Positions 55,671 through 61,938 of a DNA stretch of 61,938 nt are shown piece after piece. Position 1 is the stretch's first letter. Every line of letters starts with the position of its first letter. The translations under genes and the position numbers were made by a program. The notes beneath the pieces were generated by a model. That model worked only from the letters and a program-made list of their open reading frames with translations. It was not told the origin of the DNA and made no database searches. The DNA is from a virus. Lineage: Duplodnaviria > Caudoviricetes. The stretch lies in the IMG/VR virus record IMGVR_UViG_3300044806_000236, positions 1 to 61,938 of that record; one strand, written 5' to 3'.

Positions 55671-57373
55671 TATTTGACTTCCTTCCAGGTTCCGTCCTTC
55701 TGATAGATCGCCTTATTCCCATTGGCGTCCGTGTAGGTCTGACCTGCCGTAAACTGCTTTGGCTTTTGAGTAGCACCAGACTGCACCATCTGTCCGGTCT
55801 GGGTGTCGAACAATCCACCAGGCACCTCGTCGATAACCTGCCCCATCTCGTTGTAGACCTTGCGGTTCGGAAGGTTGTGATAGCGATCCTTGTCGGAGTT
55901 CTTCCCACTCAGTGCGTTAATCATGGCGACCGCTTTCGGATCTCCAGCGAACGCCTTTCCGCGAAGACCGGCCATCTCTTCCATGCCGGCCACCTCGATC
56001 TGCTTCTTGCGGGTATCGAGCGGATCAACAGACTGCTTACGAACAGTTTGCGGCTGTTGCATCTGCTGGTCACCGCGCAACCTTGCACCGGCAACCGCGG
56101 TGTTTGCTGCGAGAAGATTGTTAATCATCGAGGCATCTGCTGCTGGACCGCTGCGGCCGCCCTTGCCAAGCTCATCTTCGACCATCCATCGGCGCGACTT
56201 CTCCGCATTGTCAAGATCAGTCTGGGTCAGTCCGCCACCAACATCGCCGACAACACCGACTCCACCGCGAACAGTATCGGCACGTTCCTTGAACTGCTTA
56301 TTGAAATCATCGACTCCGCCGTATCCGAGCGCCTTGGCCATGGCTTCGTTCTGCTTGGCTTGGTTGTACCCGCCTTCGCCGACGCGCACGCCACCGCTCT
56401 TCATTCCGGCCAGGCCGCCGCTGTCTGAGAATGCCTTGGCAGATTCGGCAGTGATGACACCGTTGGCGTCCCTGCCACGTTGAACAGGTTGAGTCTGTGC
56501 AGGAGATTGAGCCGGAGCCCCAAGGCTTGGCTTCATTGCCTGTGTGGCGGCTGGAGATGTAACGCTTTGCTGCCCCTGCTGCGCACTAGGATTCGCTTGA
56601 TCTACGTTGCCAAGCACACCAGAAACAACTGGCGACAGCATCTGCTTTGCGCCGCGATAAGCTCCGCCGACAACATCGTCAACTAGCCCTGCACCAGTGG
56701 CGAGCATGCCGCGCGTGGCAAGGCCGAATGCGTTTCCGTAATTTCCCTTTGACATCGCATCGCCAACATCTTTTCCAGCCTCGTTATAGACGGAGGTGGT
56801 GTTAGGAAGTACGGCGCCGGGAATCTTTTTCAGTGCCTCATAAGTCGGGTCGTAAATACTTGCCCCGTCAGCAGCGGCCATCATCCCGTCCTTCATGGAA
56901 GGGCCGACCGGCTTTCCGGTCATCTGTTCGAACATGGCGTCGACGGTTTCAAACCCAAGCATCTGCGCGATGCGCTCGAGCAACTGGTCCTGCTCGACGG
57001 AAATGATCCGCTCGCCGTTCGCGACCAGGATGTCTTCACCGGTCGGCGAGATCTTTGCGGGGATGGAGTCTGACGTCGCAGTTCCTGGGCCGCTGATCTT
57101 TCCGGAAGCATCAACCTTGCCACCTTTCGCATGCGCCTTGACCTTGCCGCCGCAGGCATAACCAGCCGCTTTGTCGATCTGCTTGTTGCGATTGCCAATC
57201 AGGTTCATGGCACCCTCAAGCATTCCGCCAGGCTTCTTTGCCGCAGGTTGTGGCGCCGGCTGAACGGGAGGCGGAGCCACCGGTTCTACAGGTGCGGAGC
57301 TCGGCGTCTTGCCATACTTTTCTTCCATGTCGGCAAGAAGTTGTTGGGATCTTGAAAGCGAATTATCAGCCAT
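55670..57373 (-). CDS. Putative ejection/internal virion protein
   Basis: Start MADNSL (GGAG RBS); GPGTATSDSIPA motif; Gln/Ala/Gly-rich; upstream of the giant gene. Confidence 0.7.
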   Translation of the reverse strand: MADNSLSRSQQLLADMEEKYGKTPSSAPVEPVAPPPVQPAPQPAAKKPGGMLEGAMNLIGNRNKQIDKAAGYACGGKVKAHAKGGKVDASGKISGPGTATSDSIPAKISPTGEDILVANGERIISVEQDQLLERIAQMLGFETVDAMFEQMTGKPVGPSMKDGMMAAADGASIYDPTYEALKKIPGAVLPNTTSVYNEAGKDVGDAMSKGNYGNAFGLATRGMLATGAGLVDDVVGGAYRGAKQMLSPVVSGVLGNVDQANPSAQQGQQSVTSPAATQAMKPSLGAPAQSPAQTQPVQRGRDANGVITAESAKAFSDSGGLAGMKSGGVRVGEGGYNQAKQNEAMAKALGYGGVDDFNKQFKERADTVRGGVGVVGDVGGGLTQTDLDNAEKSRRWMVEDELGKGGRSGPAADASMINNLLAANTAVAGARLRGDQQMQQPQTVRKQSVDPLDTRKKQIEVAGMEEMAGLRGKAFAGDPKAVAMINALSGKNSDKDRYHNLPNRKVYNEMGQVIDEVPGGLFDTQTGQMVQSGATQKPKQFTAGQTYTDANGNKAIYQKDGTWKEVK

Positions 57374-57435
57374 GATGAAACTCCAGTTTGCGCTTCTCGG
57401 AGAGTACGGCAACCCCTCCTAACTCATAGGTATAT

Positions 57436-57467
57436 AAAAGGAAAACCCGCCGAAGCGGGCTTCTTTT
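57436..57467 (-). terminator. Rho-independent terminator
   Basis: Minus strand GCCCGC-TTCG-GCGGGT then TTTCCTTTT. Confidence 0.75.
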
Positions 57468-58542
57468 ACAGGTCTTGTGCCTGGGTTGTGACAGAAGTTC
57501 CGCCGGCCTGCATCGTGACCCCAACGTGGAGGTTGTTGAACAACGAAGTTGCCATCTGCGCGATGGACTGCGCTTCAGCCAAGAGAGCTTTCAGCTTGTA
57601 CTCGATGATACCCATGTCGGCGCCCTGGTTCAGCTTGTCGCCTTCAAGCGCGACCGAGTTGTTGTACTGGGCGACCTTGCTGATCATTTCCTTGGCGTTG
57701 GTATCTGCCGTGTAGAACTGGCTGGCAGAGGAGATCAGCTTGGTCTGGATGTCGTAGCCGTAATTGACCATGCGGGAAACCATATCTGGACCTGCGGCCA
57801 AAGCCTTCACATACTCCGTGGCGTCCTTCATTGCCATTTCACGCATACCGAGAAGTTTCTCAACGCTCCACTTCTGCAACTCGACCGACATGATTGCGAT
57901 CTTGCGGCTGGAGTCGGCGAGCTCATCCTGTGCCTTCTGTTCAATCTGCATTACAGCAGAAGTTGCCGCTGCGGTCGGGATCGGGAAGCGGCGCGCGGCG
58001 AATTGCGCGACGACCGTATCTTGTGCTCGGAGTTTGTCAGCCGAGATACGGGCATGGTCTTCGCCCCAAATCTGTTGTTGCACCGCCAACGGAAGGCCAG
58101 AGTCAGGGTTCGCCATTGCATCGCGCAACCAATCAGCCGCAAGAGCGTAATCGGTCGCGTCATCAGGAAAGTAGGTAGTCATAAACGAAACGCGTTTTGC
58201 CACTAGGTAATCGACGAGCTTGATGTACTCTTGCGTGAAAATATCAAACACGTTGGTCACTGAGATAGAAGACGGAATATCGACAGTCGGTGCGGTGACC
58301 GTAGGAATCGCCACAGAGCCGGTAGTAACGTGCGGGGTGTTGATTACGTTCAGGAATGTATTGAACGCATCAGTGATCTTCGACGTGAATTCGGCCTTGC
58401 TGGTAAGACCCTCTTTCCACGTCGCATTGATGATGTCTTCCAACACCTCCATCGAGGCATTCGGAATCTGGTACAAATTGACGCCAACATCTGGCGTCCC
58501 GATCAAGTGTGGTGTCAGGTCGACAATATCATCTATGGCCAT
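57466..58542 (-). CDS. Putative internal virion/tail protein (helical)
   Basis: GGAGG RBS; follows the nozzle-like gene. Confidence 0.6.
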   Translation of the reverse strand: MAIDDIVDLTPHLIGTPDVGVNLYQIPNASMEVLEDIINATWKEGLTSKAEFTSKITDAFNTFLNVINTPHVTTGSVAIPTVTAPTVDIPSSISVTNVFDIFTQEYIKLVDYLVAKRVSFMTTYFPDDATDYALAADWLRDAMANPDSGLPLAVQQQIWGEDHARISADKLRAQDTVVAQFAARRFPIPTAAATSAVMQIEQKAQDELADSSRKIAIMSVELQKWSVEKLLGMREMAMKDATEYVKALAAGPDMVSRMVNYGYDIQTKLISSASQFYTADTNAKEMISKVAQYNNSVALEGDKLNQGADMGIIEYKLKALLAEAQSIAQMATSLFNNLHVGVTMQAGGTSVTTQAQDL

Positions 58543-58544
58543 GA

Positions 58545-60131
58545 TTAAATCCTCCGACCGGATACAACCGGCACAAAGCTGACTGACGCCAGCGTGAAAT
58601 CTGAACCTTCAGTATTGTATAACGAAAGGTCGTACCAGTTGGCGCGCAAGCCCTTACCAGGGTCAATCCGCTGAATCTGTAGGCTCGTGCTGATTGACCG
58701 CGTTTCGTACCGATAATCTTCGTCGTCAGGTGTCGATACCCGCAGTTCAATCGGGGTATCGGATGAACAGCCAACATAGCAGGCTGGTAAGCGCTTTAGA
58801 TTCTCGCCACCGAAATCGTTCTTGCCGAGAGAGATATGGGCGCCAACGGTTCCGGTAGCTGCAAGATCGTAGAAACCTGCCGCGCCGGTGGCGTAGTTTC
58901 CTGACGTCGAAGTGAAGTCGTAGCCCGTATATTGCGTTGCCGCCATGCGTTCGATATTCAGACACCACCCGCAAGACACGGCGCGATAGTACCCGTTTGA
59001 CGAAAACACGCCAGATACTCCGGATGCCGGAACTGTAAGGTCAACGTTGTCGGCCATCGGCGCAGTGGCCTGCCCTGAAGTATCTGCGAGGACAAAGCCT
59101 TTCTCGCTGAACCATCCGACAACAGGTTTATGCGGCATACTGAATGCCGTCCCGGCCACGCCGCCATAAGGCAGCACGTCGACTACACGTTGCGCGTCTA
59201 GAACATCCGTTCCTTCAAACCAGTAGGTTTTGTCAGCGGTGACATAGACGCCGTTCTGCCCGGAAATTGCGTTGGTTACGTCAGACGGGAACGACAACAT
59301 CGGATCGGTTGGAATGTAATACCCTGGCCTTGCTGCAACCCCGATGTTGATTGCGCTGCCTGAATAAGTGCAGAGCCGTCCGTTGTGCATGAACGGAACG
59401 CCAGCAGGGATAGGTTCTTCGTATCGCTGGAACGCTTCACGCCCCTGCGCAATCGCAGTCGCAAGCGTTACGTCGTAGCTGGCAGTTCCGGTCGCTACAG
59501 TGCCGACCAGCATCGGGATAGCCCCATTCACGGACGACACATAGACATTGACGTGCGTAGCGCCAGAAGTCGCGGAAGGAAGCGTGATGCGCAGCCCTCC
59601 AACGGCGGCAAGTTCGTAGTTGCTCGAAGGACTGACTCCACCCTCTTCGCCAGTCACGTTGTTGTAGTACGCGACAGCAACCTGATACCAGCCCTTGTAG
59701 AGCGCGCCCGAGACCGTTGCAACGGTCGGGCTTGTCGGCGTCGGCAGCGCCCACGGGAACCAGATACCCGATTCAATGCGTCCAGAGTCCGTTCCATTCG
59801 AGTAGTAAAGCGAACCGGCGTACTCGACGTAGCTCACCTTGCCGTTGTTGCTCAATACCTTTAATAGAGTCTGTGTGTAAGTCGGCAGGGTGATCGTGTA
59901 CATCGTCCCTCCAATCACCGCATATCGCGTTCCATCTGTGGTCGTGTAGAGCGAATGCGGCGCGGATGCGGCCTGCAGAAGTGCAGCAGCTTGACGGCGG
60001 CGAACGCGACCGGCGTTGTCAATATCGACGTTCTCTGCTTCGCGCAGCCAGTAGCCAGCATCGGTCGCCAAAGAGAAATCAGGTAGCCGGTTATTGATCC
60101 CGAGGAACGGGCCTATCGGTAATGTTTTCAT
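58545..60131 (-). CDS. Putative tail tubular/stabilisation (nozzle-like) protein
   Basis: GINNRLP...AENVDIDNAG.VRRR N-terminus; beta-rich; typical of podovirus tails. Confidence 0.7.
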   Translation of the reverse strand: MKTLPIGPFLGINNRLPDFSLATDAGYWLREAENVDIDNAGRVRRRQAAALLQAASAPHSLYTTTDGTRYAVIGGTMYTITLPTYTQTLLKVLSNNGKVSYVEYAGSLYYSNGTDSGRIESGIWFPWALPTPTSPTVATVSGALYKGWYQVAVAYYNNVTGEEGGVSPSSNYELAAVGGLRITLPSATSGATHVNVYVSSVNGAIPMLVGTVATGTASYDVTLATAIAQGREAFQRYEEPIPAGVPFMHNGRLCTYSGSAINIGVAARPGYYIPTDPMLSFPSDVTNAISGQNGVYVTADKTYWFEGTDVLDAQRVVDVLPYGGVAGTAFSMPHKPVVGWFSEKGFVLADTSGQATAPMADNVDLTVPASGVSGVFSSNGYYRAVSCGWCLNIERMAATQYTGYDFTSTSGNYATGAAGFYDLAATGTVGAHISLGKNDFGGENLKRLPACYVGCSSDTPIELRVSTPDDEDYRYETRSISTSLQIQRIDPGKGLRANWYDLSLYNTEGSDFTLASVSFVPVVSGRRI

Positions 60132-60132
60132 T

Positions 60133-61804
60133 TCATGCCCACCCTACGAATCTGTCTTGCGAACGTACTGAATTAGGAGATTTTATACCTTCTGATCCGA
60201 TGTACCTACCTCCGTAACTGGTGAAGAAAAACATTCCGGGGTCGTAGTATGGGTAGGTTTTATCAACGTAAAACAGCATCGACGGACTTATCGGGTCATC
60301 ACACGCAACGCCGTGAACTTCTGTATTGAATGCCTTTGACTCTATTACAAATGGAACACTTGGCGGGGTAGTAGTTGTTTCGGTGCTCGCTACCCATGCT
60401 TCAGGATACCAAGTCATTGTGCTTGTATAAACCGTTACGTCCATTGCGCCAGTTCCGCTTATGCCGACTACGTGTTGGTACGCACCAAAGTGAGTTCCAG
60501 AAACAGTAGTTGTTTTTGAATACGCATCAAACTGTTGGTGAGTATAAGTAGTTATGTACGCTGACTCTGCGTCAAGCCCAGGAATAACAAGCGTCCACGC
60601 GCGTTCGTCATACTTCGTTGCTGTTTCTGCAACCATCGTCCGAACGCATTGGTAAACATAATTTGTCAGGTAGTTAAAATAGTTGCCGTTTTGGTCTGGA
60701 CAGCTAGAGTACGTTCCGCATGGGGTGTTCAAAAAAGTCGTCGCAGACTCTGTCGTATATTCACACGCCGGTCCGGTTCCGAACTGACTAATAAACCAGT
60801 CTTGTGTCGATCCGTAGTAAGTTGGGTTGGCATATGTATTTACGAGGTCGTAGGAATCTACGTATTTTCTTTCTCCAGAAAAACTGAACCCGTCAAACTC
60901 AACGGTCATTTGTGTGGTGTTTCGCTTGTACTCAGTGTGAACCTCCCACTGGTCCATTCCTTCGTAATGCCCATCTTCCCACGCTGAAATATCATTATCT
61001 GGGTCTGCCCAACTTGGCAAAACCAATCCTGAGTAATCCAGCGTCCAAGGCCGTGAACCTTCTGCATAAGTAGCAACAGTTCGGCTTAAAACAACAGGTT
61101 CCCATATGTCGTCTATGTAGTACCCGTAGACATGCACGCCGCTGAAGTTGAACGCTGGCGCTACGCCGGGGGCCATAGCGATTGAAACACACTCAAGCCT
61201 GGTCGCAATGTCGGCTTCTGGAGCAAAGATATTGAACGCCCCCCACCCGTCAGTCCAGTACCCGTAGTTCGTGGCGGCCGTTGTCGCTGAGAATACGCCG
61301 TCAGAGAACGAAAAATTAAGGTGGCACTCCCATGCGCGCCACTTCAGCGAACCATAACCACCAACCTGTTCGTGAAGAACGATAGATGCCTTGCTTCCGG
61401 TTGAGTTGAACTTCCACCCATAGGCCAGCGGGCCACCTGTAGGCATTCCTGATATTGGATACGTTTTTCCATCAGTCAGCGCAATGAAGCTGTGCGCGAA
61501 TATGTACGCCTCCAGCTTCGTCCTGTCAGTAATAGCGGAAGAATTGTACGTCTTGAGTAATTCTTTTCCCGCCTCGTCCTGTTTAATTGGATACGCCGTG
61601 AATTGCGTTGTCGTCACGGACAGCAACCAGAACGATGTGTCGCCATTTATATCGACTGCGGTAAATATTCCGGGCGAGTTGTGCGCCCATAGGCCAAGCG
61701 TAAGTTCTATTTCTGTACGAACATACGTTAGAACAAAACTCGATCCTGCTACCTTGAGTGTGAGAGGACTGCTCTTGTCCTCCTTCGCGCCGTAAAGCGC
61801 CTGC
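60133..61804 (-). CDS. 3' part of the junction-spanning virion protein (starts at 581)
   Basis: In-frame continuation across the terminal overlap; Tyr/Thr-rich. Confidence 0.8.
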
Positions 61805-61930
61805 ATGAAAGATCGCATCTTCCCTGAATACAGCGACGCAGGGAACATCGACATCATTATCTTCTTTGCTATCGTTGCGTTCGCGTAGGCTTCTCTACTG
61901 GCATCGTCCGCCGGTACGGTCGTTTTTTTT
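61805..61930 (+). repeat. Terminal direct repeat, copy 2
   Basis: Identical to 1-126; the last 8 nt diverge. Confidence 0.95.
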
Positions 61931-61938
61931 TGTTAACC

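Noticed and set aside
61805-61930. Biological direct terminal repeat (T7-like)
   Set aside because: It falls inside a gene and its length is typical of assembler k-mer overlap, so it is treated as a circularisation artefact.
1-61938. Alternative genetic code or stop-codon recoding
   Set aside because: Standard-code ORFs tile the genome densely and all three stop codons end genes.

Overview
This window is best read as one complete, circularly permuted dsDNA tailed-phage genome of about 61.8 kb. Bases 1-126 recur at 61805-61930, and an ORF runs in frame across that junction. The layout is podovirus-like. The minus-strand late arm carries terS, an HNH gene, terL, a portal with a long C-terminal extension, a scaffold, an N4-gp56-type major capsid protein, a TylF-type methyltransferase and a methyltransferase-glycosyltransferase fusion, an adaptor, a lysis cassette, tail/appendage genes, ejection proteins and a 3702-aa polyvalent protein. 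A short plus-strand early operon has a sigma70 promoter, a boxA-like site and structured leaders. Two divergent middle arms carry replication/nin-like genes (minus) and Bet/YqaJ/dUTPase/SSB plus accessory genes (plus). I see no integrase, CI repressor, DNA polymerase or canonical tRNA. A proteobacterial, probably betaproteobacterial, host is an inference. The most notable signals are: (1) three integron-like gene cassettes with attC-like sites and correctly matched R'/R'' core sites, interrupting an excisionase-like gene with no integrase present; (2) a tRNA-shaped, CCA-ending ncRNA with complementary loops; (3) short in-frame homology boxes that build mosaic accessory ORFs in both arms; (4) a possible virion glycosylation/methylation cassette behind the capsid gene; (5) a giant polyprotein with repeated F/Y-S linkers. 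All family assignments come from motif recognition by eye, not database searches.
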